A stretch of DNA of 64,000 nt from Octopus sinensis. Lineage: Eukaryota. Below, in pieces: positions 1 to 13,300 of the stretch. The position numbers were made by a program, and so were the translations under genes. Location: contig NC_043006.1 of NCBI RefSeq assembly GCF_006345805.1, forward strand, positions 55,056,001 through 55,120,000. The letters run 5' to 3'. The stretch's first letter is position 1, and the number at the start of each line of letters is the position of its first letter. The notes under the pieces are model-generated. The model was not told where the DNA came from and made no database searches. It worked only from the letters and a program-made list of their open reading frames with translations.

Positions 1-516
1 TATGCTTAACAAGGATCATCCAGCTATAGAAAACACACACACTGTGTATATGTACAGTGTGTAACCATGAATATATATCTTTTATATAGAAAAATATTGA
101 CAAGTAGTAAGAAATCAATAGACAACAAATACCTATTATTTATGCAATAACCTTTAATAGTAAAATTTTATTACATTCAATACATTTTATTAAGATTAAT
201 ATATCTCACATCTGACTCCATTATTTACTGTATGGGTACACTAGTTAAAAAATATTCAAGTTACAAAAGCAGGAAACATTCAATATCAAAAAACAGATTG
301 TTTTAATGTCCACTTTTCTATGTTTGTATGGGTCAGATACAATTTGTTGAGACAGATTTTCTGTCATCAAATCTCACTTATTTCCAAGTAAAGAAATACT
401 TCCCCATGACCAGGCACGTTTTCATGGAAGATTATAAATGAAGGATATCACTTGCATAATTGTGTCACTCATTTACAACCAAAGGGTAATGTCATGGCAA
501 GGAGACAGTAACATAC

Positions 517-583
<67 letters not shown>

Positions 584-589
584 ACACAC

Positions 590-742
590 ACTCACGGAGT
601 GGTTGGCGTTAGGAAGGGCATCCAGCTGTAGAAACACTGCCAGATCTGACTGGCCTGGTGCAGCCTTCGGGCTTTCCAGACCCCAGTTGAACCGTCCAAC
701 CCATGCTAGCATGGAAAGCAGACGTTAAACGATGATGATGAT
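590..742 (+). mobile_element. Short RTE 3'-UTR copy (severely truncated LINE or RTE-tailed SINE)
   Basis: ggagtggttggcgttaggaagggcatccagc...gcatggaaagcagacgttaaacgatgatgat closely matches the 3' end of the 46.6 kb RTE. Confidence 0.8.
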
Positions 743-1748
743 ACACAATGGACTTCTTTTGGTTTCTGTTTACCAAATCTATTCACAAGGCTTTGGTTGA
801 CCTGGGCTTATTGTAGAAGACATTTGCCCATAGTTCCTCAAAGTAGAACTGAACCTGGACCTCACTATGGAAAAGTTCTAAGCATGGAAGTTTATATTAG
901 AGGCCACCTCTCTTGGTTGCACCACTTCAGCTGCCCCATTCACTAATATCAAAAGCAAAATATCTCTGACTCTCCTCAACAAACTTGTCTACTTGTCAAA
1001 CTTGTCATACATCAACCTCTCAACACCTTGCATAAAGTGACAACTATTTTCTCTCTCTCTCAGGCACGAGTGGGGCTTTTTTTTTTTTTAGTCTTGTGAG
1101 TTACAACATGACATAAATAGAGCTGATATCATGAGAAAAGTACCCAGTTCACTCTGTAAGGTGGTTGGCATAACAAAAAGCATCCAGCTTTAGAAAGCAT
1201 ACTAAAATTGAGACACTAGAGCAAGTCATGATCTTCCTAACCCCTGCATCCTGTCTAACCATCCAATCTATGCCAGCAAAATAGAAAGCAGAAATAAGAA
1301 TGATTTCTAGTAAACTGAGCTGTTGTATAGTTCCAATTGTGGTAATCCTGTTGTTCTGTGTATCAAGAACTACATTGTTTCAGTATAATCTTTAAGTTGA
1401 TAGAATATGATTTGTGAGATTTATCTGTAATTCTGAGCAGGTCAAATGAGCATGTGTTACATTCTAAATTTGTCTGCCAATGAGAGACACTCTCTATCCC
1501 CTACTTTCTGTTTCATGTGGTGCTTGAATTAAAGCAGAGGTAAGATGTAATTGTTATTAGAGCCTATATGAGTTTTGACATAGCTACAGAAAGTGATATG
1601 GGAGAGGGGGAGACGGCTCCTTGGTTACATCAGTACATAAACTTCGTTAAAAGGTTATATAAATGATACGACAATCAACTTTTTGGAAGAAAAAAAAAAT
1701 CCTATCTACATTGTGTATTTGCTAAAAAAATTCAACTGGGTGCAAGAG

Positions 1749-2096
1749 AGGCTGTGTGCTAAGTAGCTTGCTTACTAGCCACATGGTTCTGGGTTCATTC
1801 CCATTGCGTGGCACCTCAGGCAAGTGTCTTCTACTATAGCCTTGAGTGGATTTGGTAGACGGAAACTGAAAGAAGCCCGTCGTATATATGCATATATACG
1901 CAAGTGTGTCTGTTTGTCCCCCAACATCGCTTGACAACCGATGGTGTGTTTACGTCCCTGTAACAGTAGTTTGGCAAAAAGAGACCGATAGAATAAGCAC
2001 TAGGTTTCCAAAGAATAAGTCCTGGGGTTGATTTGCTCGACTAAAGGCGGTGCTCCAGCATGGCCACAGTTAAATGACTGAAACAAGTAAAAGAGT
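1749..2096 (+). mobile_element. SINE family A (about 350-400 bp, tRNA-like head, 3' ccagcatggccgcagtcaaatgactgaaacaagtaaaaga)
   Basis: Aligns by eye to at least ten other copies in the window. Confidence 0.85.
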
Positions 2097-4405
2097 AACT
2101 GACACTATATTGTAAAAAAAAAAAAAGTAACTGGTCTTCATCGTCACTGGGGATGGTTTGGAGGGGGGGGGGGAGAGAATTCTGCACAAGTGGACAAAAA
2201 TGTAACTTTAAACATTTACACAATCAGTTGCAGGTGTTTCACATCTCCAGTACCAAATAGTAAACTAGCAGGATTGTAAGAGCACTGGATAGAATGTACC
2301 AAGATATTTGTTCTGACACTTGGCATTCTGAGTTCAAATTCTGCTAAGTCGACTTTGCCTTTTATCTATAAGTTTTGATAAAAAAAGTACCAATCCTGCA
2401 CGACGAACTGACAGAACAGTAACAATGCCAGATCAAATGCCTTGTGGTATTTTCACTGACTCTTTACAACTCGGGACGCAGTCCCGAGTTCAAACCTGTT
2501 GCTGCCTACGAGGGTAGTAAGCAATCTGCTGCTTGGTTCAACACTGACATCCTGGGTGCCTTTAGTAGAATCCATTTCTACAATTAGGCCTGGTCTCTTG
2601 TCTGAGAAGATGTCCCTCCTCATACCCATGAGTCACAGATGTCCTATGAAGGATCGTGGCCATTGTACCCCCTTGACATCAAAATAAATAACTGCATTTA
2701 TTTTGATGTGTGTGTGTGTGCCTGATTGGGAGAAGAAATATTAAGAAATAGGAGCTGTTGAGAAGTTAAAACTAATGCAACAGGCCAAATGCATGAGTAA
2801 ATGGCTCACAAGCGCATAGATTAACAATTTGGAAAATTACACCTGTTAGTGGTAAATTACTTGATCTATTTAAGAACATACTTATTGATTTAACAAAATC
2901 AATAAAACAATTGGGCTATTTTTACCTCATATTAACTATGTAGGTAGTTACCAACAGAAAAATTCTAATCCAAAACAAGAAAATACAAATATTTGATATA
3001 TTTAAAGTTACCAGTAATTTCTATACTTATTGTAAGAATATTTTCTATTTTTTTTTAACAAAATCGTATGATAAAAAGGAAAAATTCTAATTCCAGTCTC
3101 CTAAATTTTCTTCAGCATCTCTCTGCACCAACCTTAACTCTGAGCATGAGATCTTAATATTTCTACAATAGGTACAAGCCCAGAAAGTCTGGGGAAGGAG
3201 CTAGTCGATTAGACCGACCTTAGCAGATATTAAACTCAGAATGTAAAGCCGGAAGAAATGCCACTAAGCATGTTGTCCAGTTTGCTAACGATCCTGTCAG
3301 CTTGTCACTTAACAAGATCTTAATGTTAAAAAGGATAGATACAATTTGATGCAGAAAATAAATCTATACAATAACGAGCTCAGACATGATATTTAAAAAA
3401 ATTTTTTTCATACAAAACAAGGATGGGATGATGGTATGATGTCTATTTTATATTTATTGATGCTATGTTTATAACTGTCACATAAGAAGGAGCGAAGTAA
3501 AATAGTCAAAGCACAATTAAAATTACCAACAACACCGATTAACAAAGCAGTTAATCTGAAAGTTTGACCATTGAATTACAAATAATTTAAATCAGTAGTA
3601 AACTTTATAAACATAAAGACAAACCCCAAATAAAACTCAAATTGCACTTTAAAAAATTAAAGTATCACTATTGTATAAGAAAGTTCACAGTACAAACTCT
3701 ACATAACCGAAGATTAATTCAATGTTTACAATGTTGAACTTTATAGGATTGCTATTAGGCTGTTTAGGATTAGCAACTAAATTTTAAGCACAATTTCACT
3801 AATGCTTTTCTTCCAACATAATTTTTTTTTTTAAATAGAGCATTAAGAGGCTGAATATTTCAGTTACTGAAACCAGCTGAAAGCCAAAATCAAAAGCGGA
3901 TCCGTTCTACTCGTCTGATAGCATCAGTCTTTTGTCACACCTTTTACACAAGCTACTGTCTGTTTTCACACACACGACTGTTTTTACAAAACTCGTAGCT
4001 ATCGGAATTTAAAATGGTTTCTCAAAAGCATTTTTTATTTACCCGTATCCTAAAGACAAATCAGTAAGCATGTCTCTTTCCAGAGGCAAGATATAAGCCA
4101 ACCAGAGAGAGGGAGAGAGAGAGAATGAATAGCTATGCGTGTGAAAAAACCAGAGAAAAGGATGTCCCACTTAAAAAAAATTAGAACAGATTTCGGTGTC
4201 CTAAACATCCGTATAGATAATATATTTTTTCTTTATCTCTCGAGAACTTGGGAATTATTTCAATATTGATCTAGTTTGAATTTCAACAAATATTCAAACA
4301 TGCTTTCAAGAAAGTCCCAAAGTACATTTTAGATATCATACTTGCATTTCTCTACACACAGGAATTTTAATACGAGAAGATGGAACAAACAAGCTTTATT
4401 CCAAA

Positions 4406-4506
4406 TCACTACAATTGTTTCGGCAGTGTCAACTGGTAATTGCTGAATTACATAATTGCATTAATATGATCCAACAATAGCTGTGTAGCTGCGAGTCTTC
4501 AGATGA
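4406..4506 (-). ncRNA. Degenerate type-I hammerhead-like motif
   Basis: Minus strand: UCAU CUGAAGA cucGCAG-(about 60 nt)-CUGCc GAAA CAAUUG UA^ GUGA. It has a canonical core, palindromic stem III and 4-bp stem I, but the stem II junction is imperfect. Confidence 0.5.
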
Positions 4507-4560
4507 GTAGGGTCCAGAGCACTGCTAGATACCTAAAAGGTCTCGTTGGTAGCTTCACAT

Positions 4561-4935
4561 ACTCTTTTACTTGTTTCAGTCATTTGACTGCGGCCATGCC
4601 GGAGCACCGCCTTTAGCCGAGCAAATCGACCCCGGGACTTATTCATTGTAAGCCCAGTACTTATTCTATCGGTCTCTTTTGCCGAACCGCTAAGTAACGG
4701 GGACATAAACACACCAGTATCGGTTGTCAAGCAATGCTAGGGGGACAAACACAGACACACAAACATACATATATACGACAGGCTTCTTTCAGTTTCCGTC
4801 TACCAAATCCACTCACAAGGCATTGGTCGGCCCGGGGCTATAGCAGAAGACACTTGCCCAAGATGCAACGCAGTAGGACTGAACCCGGAACCATGTGGTT
4901 GGTTAGCAAGCTACTTACCACACAGCCACTCCTGC
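4561..4935 (-). mobile_element. SINE family A, CpG-intact copy
   Basis: ctcttttacttgtttcagtcatttgactgcggccatg...ggaaccatgtggttggttagcaagctacttaccacacagccac. Confidence 0.88.
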
Positions 4936-7758
4936 GCCTATGTATATACCAGTGAAAGAAGTTCTCTATGACAGCATTTGGTAGCCGACTTTCGGAAAGC
5001 ACGCAATCAGGTCATTACCCAGATTATATATATATATATATATATATAGTGCATGAGATGTGATACAGTTTCTATTCTTTCATCGCCACTACCGCCACCA
5101 TTATTATTTCATTGACCCCGAATAGGTGACATACCGTGGTCAACTATCCCTTTCATCCTCTCGGGGTCAATAAAATAAGTACTGGGATCAACGTAATCGA
5201 CTAATGCACTCCCTCTAAAACTGTTGGCATCGTACCAAAATTAGAAAGAATTATTACCATTATTATAGTAGACTTTAACAGAATCCAGATTCTGTCAGAT
5301 ATATTGTTTATTGTACATAGAAACTATGGTAAAGCAAGAACAGCAGAAATCATTGGTATAGTACTAATTGAGAGAAAAGAAGTAATATTTTTTATCAGTT
5401 GATCTAACAACCACGAGAATGCTGATAGAAGATAAAAAAAACACCCTTAAAACCAAATGAGATCATAGCAGTTTGATTACGAAGAAAAAAAATGAATGGC
5501 ATATATATATATATGGAAAGAAAAAAAAGCTAAATTCAAAATCTTTGTCACACATGGACACAGAAAGGTTTTTAAAAGCGTGATCACTGCCAACCATACT
5601 TTTAGGAATTTCAAGAAACCTCATGAACATTAAGTTCCGCATACGTTTACTTCCACGTAGTTTCGATCATCTTCGAGTCAGCTTTCTAGTGTAATAATCT
5701 TTATATTTTAGTATCCGATTCTTCCTCTATTATAACATGTTATCGAACTATTAACGTCTTACGCCAGAAAGAAATAGATGAAAAGAGGTGGAGAGAAAGA
5801 GTAAAAAGAAAAAAAAAAAGTATTTAAAATGCATCTCTCAAATTTTGAGTTAAGGAATTTCGTTTTTAATAATATTAGAATAAAATCGATGCGATGTAAA
5901 AGAGCAAAAAAAAAAAAAAAACGGAAGAGTATTCGGATGAGAGATAGTAGCAAAGCAACTGACATAAGATATGAAAGAAATACGTTCTTAACACATTTCT
6001 TTCTATAAAACGATAGACATATAAATACACCTATACATATACATGTCTACACAATCTATACATGCACACATGCATACCTCAAACTATATTATATATATAG
6101 ATGTGTGCGCGCGCTTACACTACACATTATATACACCTGTGTGACTAAAAAGTATATAACTGGTTATTGGTAGAACTGAAAACTAGTGTCATTTTAGTTG
6201 ATAGCAATACAGATTTAATTAATGTAGAGAGAGCATGCTAGCAATCATTTATTTATTTATATATATATATATATAATATATATATATATATACACGTATG
6301 TAGTTTTTCAATTTAAACCTCGTAGAGCAGTGGATTTAGTTAACTCAAATTCTGTGTGTATAGAACTGGTACTTCGACACGAGACAGATTTGAATTCAGA
6401 ATTGAGTAATATCCGTTAACGTTATTAGTTCAGCATTTTAACCTTTTAAGGCATCACAAATATTAATACTGATTTTACATGTAACGACTCAAAACTGACC
6501 AAGGCGGCGAACCTGTTTCGATCCACATTAAGTCGTGAACGATCTTAAAAGCACGTTAGCCACAATACAACATTCTTTCTTGCAGAGCATTTAAAAAAAT
6601 TGTCAATTAAAAATCCGCTTAAGTTTCACAAAAAAACATGATGGTCATCCAAGCAGTTTTACTGAAAACCGTTTCTAAATACTTTTTAAAATAGCTAAGC
6701 CTTAATCTCACTCTCTCATGTTGAAATCTCGCCCGAGTCGACCATGACTTTCACCATCCCTGAGATGTTTAAGGAATTAGTACAAGCAATATACCGGCAT
6801 TGATTCAAAACGATCGTAATACATTTTGAAGAATGTCTAGCAATGTCGCCTTGTCAAAAAATACATCAGTAAAAACAAATTTATATATATCTATATTCAT
6901 GTCGATATAATACAATTTCGTATATTCTGGCAGGGCAGAAAACTTATGTAAGTATACACTACACAGATACATAACTATATATTTATATATATAGAGAGAG
7001 AGAACGAGAGGGGATACACATACATATAATGTACGTCATTATATCGCAATACATCTGGAATATTCGATGAAACTATTACAACCGAATAAAAAGCTGATAG
7101 ACACACAATACTGCGCAATCTTCAACTGAAAGCTCTTTAAATCGAAGCAAACCACTTGTTTCTTGTTGGACGAAATGGTTTGTTCAAATGATAGACAAAA
7201 AAAAAAAAAATCGTTAGAATCTGAATAGAGATATATTTAGAAATTTTTTTTTTTTTTGAATTGAGATAGCTTACAAACTATCAACATGAAAATAAAAATG
7301 GATTAATTCATATTAATAATAAATTTCCAGTTAATTAATAATTGTTGATCGCTTTATAATCTATTAGATTTTTTTTTTTAGTCAAACGTAAATTAACAAG
7401 GGAATATGAGAGAGACGTTTCTCAGAACAGTTATCCTGTCACATTGTAATGACGTCTTGACAGCATCCACTGTAATTCCTGAAACGGAGAAGATATCTCC
7501 GAGACTGACGATTTACATACAAAAGTACAACTGATAACAGATAATTCTCATAATCTATCTGTTATTAATGTCATCTAATTAATCATATCTGGAGGGGGGG
7601 GGGGGAGAAATTATTTACATAGAGAGAGGAAGAAATATCATAAATGTTTTTATTCAAGACTTTTTAATGAATGTAGATTACTAAATGAAGCGAAAACATA
7701 AAAGGCAACTGAGGTGAATTTGTATAGAATTGGAGGGAATAAAGGGTAAAAGTCTTAC

Positions 7759-7960
7759 CTAAATGGTGGGAAGGTAGCTTCTAGTAACGTCTCTGTCTGA
7801 CTGTTGAGTAGATTCGAATGCTATCAGTCACGTGTTATACTGCTGAATGACTGTAGTGGTGGTGGTGGGAGTTCATGTGTATGATGCCAGTGATGATGAC
7901 GATGTCGGTGGTGAAAGGAATTTTTATCGTCATTCTCGAATAATGTCGGAACATATATAA
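7759..7960 (-). other. Candidate non-coding first exon of a divergent transcript
   Basis: Consensus minus-strand donor AG|GTAAGA at 7759/7758, with a relatively CpG-rich segment upstream. No ATG-initiated frame stays open to the donor. Confidence 0.3.
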
Positions 7961-8625
7961 TTATACATCATAAATATATTATTTCGCACTTTCGAAAAAT
8001 CGAATATATTTATTTTTATGATTAAGAATAAAAAATTTAAAGCAAAATTCAGATTTATGTTTTAGTTTTTGTCCATTCATTCCGGAAGAAAGTGCAGAAG
8101 ATGGGGAGGGAAAAAGATAACGCTTTTTTAAAATTATAAATGAAAAGAAAGTCTAAATCTTGCTCTCTTGTCTTTTAATTTTTTTTTCAAAGAATTCAGT
8201 CATTTAATTTCCTGATTAAAAGTTAAAAAATTATGAGAAAGCACTTATTTTTTTTTTGTCCTGGAGACGAACTAGATACTTTCTTTTGAAAGGAAAAATA
8301 TTTTGTTTTAAAAAAAAATCACAAAATTCTGCATGTTGTTTTCAATTTTTGTTTTTTAGTTTGCTGTTTTGTCCAAGTCTTGCAATATTTTAATTTGTAG
8401 AATTATAGAAAAAAAAAGGAAAAGAATTATATTGTAAAACAAGATGAAAAAATATGAATATTTCCAATAGTTAACTTTTTAACCGGCAGAAATCAAAGAA
8501 AGTACAAACATTTAAAAGGAAAGCAACATCATTTGCTGCGGTCTTAAACGGAAGTTAACATTTTATGCTTGTTCATAGCTGCGTGTAAATAATAATCTTT
8601 CATATCTTCAACATTATTTGATAAA
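7960..8625. promoter_or_regulatory. Putative PSMB2 promoter/5'UTR, possibly bidirectional
   Basis: Lies immediately upstream of the PSMB2 ATG, within a region (about 3.8-9.7 kb) that looks less CpG-depleted than the intron. ETS-like CGGAAG motifs occur near 8083 and 8549. The TSS cannot be determined from sequence. Confidence 0.45.
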
Positions 8626-8716
8626 ATGGAATATTTAATTGGAATTAAAGGAAAAGATTATGTTCTTGTTGCGTCTGATACAGTATCATCAAGGTCTATC
8701 GTTGCCATGAAGAAAG
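8626..8716 (+). CDS. PSMB2: Proteasome subunit beta type-2, coding exon 1
   Basis: ATG at 8626 reads [30 protein letters not shown]+G, matching the PSMB2/beta4 N-terminus (human [30 protein letters not shown]). The exon is 91 nt and ends in phase 1 at a G|GTATG donor. Confidence 0.96.
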
Positions 8717-8778
8717 GTATGTTTTTTTTCTCTGCCCTTTACATGTAAATAATTAAAGTTACTCGTGCATGTAGCATG

Positions 8779-8811
<33 letters not shown>

Positions 8812-10412
8812 CATGCATATATGTATGTATGTATATTCTTTGCGAGTATGTATTTCTTTCACATTATTTAATCCAAATATATGTATGACTTCTTGATTGG
8901 TAAAGTTTGCTGCTTTTCCTTCTTCAAAATTCACAATGTTTGTTAAATTTTAATTTAAAAATGAATCTTCGATATAAACTTTCATCGAATATTTTAATAT
9001 AATTCTTTTGAATTATATTAAAATATTGGATGAAAGTTTGCCTATGTCTCATTCATCATCTAGGAGTTTGATAGAATCAGTGATATTGATTTTCGTCCAT
9101 CTCTTATTAAAAAGATCGCCAATAAGTAGGAGTATAGTAGCTAGATGAATGGACTCATAATCTCTTTACAAAATTGACTTTCTTTCTACGCTATCTGAAG
9201 AAATCACCCGGCGAAGTGGCGAGTCGATCAAAACCGCCAATATCGATTTAACTTTCAATTCTTTTAGTGAAATGGATAGATACATTTTAAGAACAAAATG
9301 AAGTCAATTGGGTCTTGCGCTATCAAAATCTTACTGCATTACCCACATTTTAATTTTAGATTAATTATCTTTTTTCGTATATATTATCACCTATCGCTTC
9401 TTTTTCTACGACCCACTTTTAGTTTCCTTGCATTCCTCCAAACTGAGACTTACCCTCGCCCATGCTTTTTACGATTCACCGCTTTCACTTCTGTTCCCAT
9501 CACTACTGTATCACTCTCCTTTCAATCTCTCGCAAACCCATCCAGCAACCCAGCCATCCCCGATTCTCTATCATTTTCTATCCACCTTGTATCTTGAGAG
9601 TACACTCTAGAACTTCAACTCCACCATTTTTTCTACCATTCTTTCCGTACCAGACGTAAATTTTCTACAGCACGACGATTATTTCTGCTCCTCTTTCCTA
9701 TTTTAACCTTCCTACACCTGACCCAAAGCAGTCTCCCTCAATACTACTCATCAACTCGTGCTTAGTGGTCTTGGTGACATTTCTAGTACTGGTGTCACAA
9801 ACACGCACACAAAAAGCACCTAGTACATTCTATAAAGTGATTGGCGTTAGAAAGGGCATCCAGTTGTAGAAACCCTTGCCAAAGCAAACATTAGAGACCC
9901 TTGTCAACCCATCCAACCCATGCCAGCATGAAATACAGAAGTTAAAAGGTGAGGAAGAATTACCTCCCCTGTGTTTTTTGGTCAGAGTTCTTGGTCATAA
10001 TTAGCTAATGATTTGATCTCATCATTACGGGTAATTTTAATTGACGTTTCTTGCTTCACAGCATTAAGTATTTTGTAAGATCATGCCATTTAGTTTTTAT
10101 GCCGAGCATGTTCCTGGGTATTTCCTCCAGTCTTTCAATTATATCTCTGCCTTATTGCAGAAAAACGTTATCTCTATGAAAGAAAAGGTATTTAGAATAT
10201 TCAATTGATAAAGGATTTATTCTCTGTAGTAAATGATTAAACATTGAAAAGAAATGGTGATAATATGAGAAAAGGAGGTTTCAACTGGATGTGGAATCTG
10301 ATATACAGAGAATGTAACTGGATTTGCTGAAATATTATTTAATACAGCACATTGCCTGATAGTTAATGGCTAGATGATAACCTCAGATTGTGATATATGT
10401 ATATATATATTA

Positions 10413-10778
10413 TGGCTGTGTGGTAAGAAACTTGCTTCTCAACCATATGGTTCGGGTTCAGTCTCACTGCTTGGCACTGTGGGCAACTGTCTTCTATAGA
10501 CTTGGGTCAACCAAAGCCTTGTGAGTGGATTTGGTAGGTTGAAACTGAAAGAAGCCTGTCATGTGTGTGTGTCTGTGTTTGTCTCCCACCACTACTTGAC
10601 AACTGGTGTTAGTGTGTTTATATCTCTGTAACTTAGGGGTTTGGCAAAAGAGAGCAATAGAATAAGTACCAAACTTTAAAAAAAAGTAAGTACTGGGGTT
10701 GATATATTCAACTAAAAATTCTTGAAGGCAGTGCCTCAGCATGGCCAATCTAATGAATGAAACAAGTAAAAGAGAAAA
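10413..10778 (+). mobile_element. SINE family A
   Basis: Full head-to-tail alignment to other copies. Confidence 0.8.
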
Positions 10779-10789
10779 AGAATATATGT

Positions 10790-12175
10790 ATTATCATAAT
10801 TTAGTGTCTATTTTCTGTGCTGGCATGGGTTAGACAGTTTGACTTGAACTGGTAAACTGGAAAGCTGCACCAGGCTCCAATCTGTTTTGGTTTGGTTTCT
10901 ACAGCTGGATACCCTTTGTAACACCAGTCACTCCACAGAGTATACTGGGTGCCATTTACGTGTTACTGGCACTAGCCATGCTAATGATTTCATAATTGCC
11001 AAAAATTTTGGTACCCTGTATTCACCTCCATGAGACTCAACATCTGAAGATATTTCACCACCTTATTACATGTCTTCCTGGATCTACCTCTAGAGTTAGA
11101 GATTGGCCGTTCTTTATGCAGTTGTCCTCGTTCATATGCATGACATGACCATATCAGAACAATCTTCTCTCTTGCACATTACATCTGATGCTTCTTATAC
11201 CCAATTTTTCTCTCAAGATACACTGTTGTAAATGCACACTGACATTGCACATGCTGCGAAGCATACTAGCTTCATTTCTTTCAAACCTTCGCATGTCCTC
11301 TTTTGTCACAGCCCGTTTCACTGCCTTGTAGTATGCCTGTTTGCACACAAGCATCATGCAATCTGCCTTTCACTTTGAGGGAGAGGCCCTTTGTTACCAA
11401 CAAAGGTAGAAGCTCTCTGAACTTTGCCCAGCCTGTTCTTCTTCTAATAGCTATGCTCTGAGTGTCCTCTACTGCTGACTTGGTCACCTAGGTAACGGAA
11501 GCTATTTACTTCTAAATACCCATCTGAAGTCTATTCTTTGTGCATTCCTAGTGTTTATTGTGCCTTCACATCTACCTCATATAAAGACTTCTTTCTCTGT
11601 TAACCTTCCTCTGAGAGTGCTGCACCTCTTATGTGTCTTTAGCTTGCACTGGGTACACCTTATGTACTTTTACCTATATCTTTTCTACATATTGAACAGG
11701 GCCATCTTCCTGGGGGGATTTGTGATTTGTCTGTTTTCCTACTTTGGTCTTTGCTAAATTACTTCTGAAGCCCTTTGATTCCAGACCTTGCTTCTAGTTC
11801 TGGTAGTGATTCAGCATAGAGCTCCCAAGGGCAACCTGTCTCAAATTCCTATCTTATGGCCTGGAGGATTATGATGAACAAGAGGGGGCTGTGAACCAGT
11901 CCTTTGTGAACTCCTACTTGTGTACTGAATTCATTGCTATACTGTTTACTGACTTTCACCTTACTGACAGCATACTTGTACATTGGTTGTACAGCTCTCA
12001 CCAACCACTTATCTATCCTTGGCTTCTGCATCGACCACCACATAAGCGAGCGAGGGACCATGTCGTATATACATACATACATATATATGGCAAGCTTTAT
12101 ATTCTACTTAATGTGGATAGGGTATTGTTAGAATGCTGTATTACTGCAATATTCACCTTGAGTGACCCTCTCATA
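10790..12175 (-). mobile_element. Older RTE-clade LINE of the same family, internally deleted and decayed
   Basis: ORF fragments VGVHKGLVHSPLLFIIILQAI, WAKFRELLPLLVTKGLSLKVKGRL and EDMRRFERNEASMLR are homologous to the 46.6-48.7 kb copy, and the 3' UTR is the same. Confidence 0.85.
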
Positions 12176-12479
12176 TAGTTGTAAAGTGCTAAGAATCATT
12201 GGCATATTGTTAGTAGACAAGAATTGTCTAGCATGGGTGGTACAACTGCTAGAACATATGCTTCATCTGTAGCAGGCATCCACTCACTGCATATTTTATT
12301 ATTGGCATAAAGCCTGAACAAATAGAGGACACCATGAGGACAGACAACACAAAACGTGGGGTACATAAAATGAAGCGTATGACTTGTGAATGTAATGAAT
12401 TAATGAATGAAAAAATGCAATGGCTTACGAGCTCCCCAAAGCAAACAGTTCCATTTTACTGTTCTAATAAATCATAATT

Positions 12480-13300
12480 TCATCAGTCTTTTTACGATTT
12501 TACATATCTCGCATGTAATTCGTCAAGTCATCAAACTTGATACCATTCGGTAGTGCCATACTGAAAGTACAGTCCAGTTTTCCTTATTCTTGTTCCAAAC
12601 AATTCTGTCAATTTCTTGACTCGCTCTCTCTCCAACAGTACTGCTCTTTCCTCATGACCAAACACCTCTTCATCCATTCTTACTCTTATTAAATTCCTCA
12701 CCTTTGCAATCTTTTTCTCAGTTTCCACATTCATATTGTAAATTATCACCATTATTAAGTGTCATCCACTTGGCTGTTCTCAAAGGCACAATGGAGTACA
12801 TTTTTGCTTCTTCTTTGTTCACAAAGCGCACTTCCACTGTGCTGTATTTCTTTCAATGGCTTCAATCTCTGCTACTTCCACACGTTTAGTTTCAACGTTC
12901 AATGCACGATTCTTCACGACTTTTTGTAAAGCATCGACAGGTGGCGTTAACTGGAGGCAATTCCCCTTCTTCTCAAACAGTCCATTAAACTTTTTAAAAT
13001 TTTTGTCTTCTAACTTCACTTCTTTCAGTTGCAGTATGTTGGCTGACAGGCTTTTGCCTACTACAGCAGTGTAACTGCCAGCTTCCATATCTTCACCCAA
13101 AAATGGGGAAGAAAGAAAGAAATTCAACAGTAATTTACAAAATTCCAACAATATAACAGTTTCAAAAATTCAAGGTACAATAACCCACTGCTCACAACAA
13201 CAACGCTATTGTCCAACCAAATCAACAACTCAACGCAAAAATCTGCATGCCAGCCAAATCCCACTGCCAATGATATATAGAAAAACGATGACTGTTCAGT
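12480..13300 (-). mobile_element. Decayed ORF1/gag-like coding remnant, probably from a non-LTR retrotransposon
   Basis: An ATG at 13088 starts MEAGSYTAVVGKSLS...VEVAEIEAIE. After a frameshift it continues KYSTVEVRFVNKEEAKMYSIVPLRTAKW, and a further frame reads IAKVRNLIRV. The sequence looks coding, has no introns and carries several frameshifts. No host gene was recognised. Confidence 0.4.

Noticed and set aside
7405-7430. GAAACGUC hammerhead-like half on the minus strand
   Set aside because: No CUGANGA lies at a suitable distance upstream.
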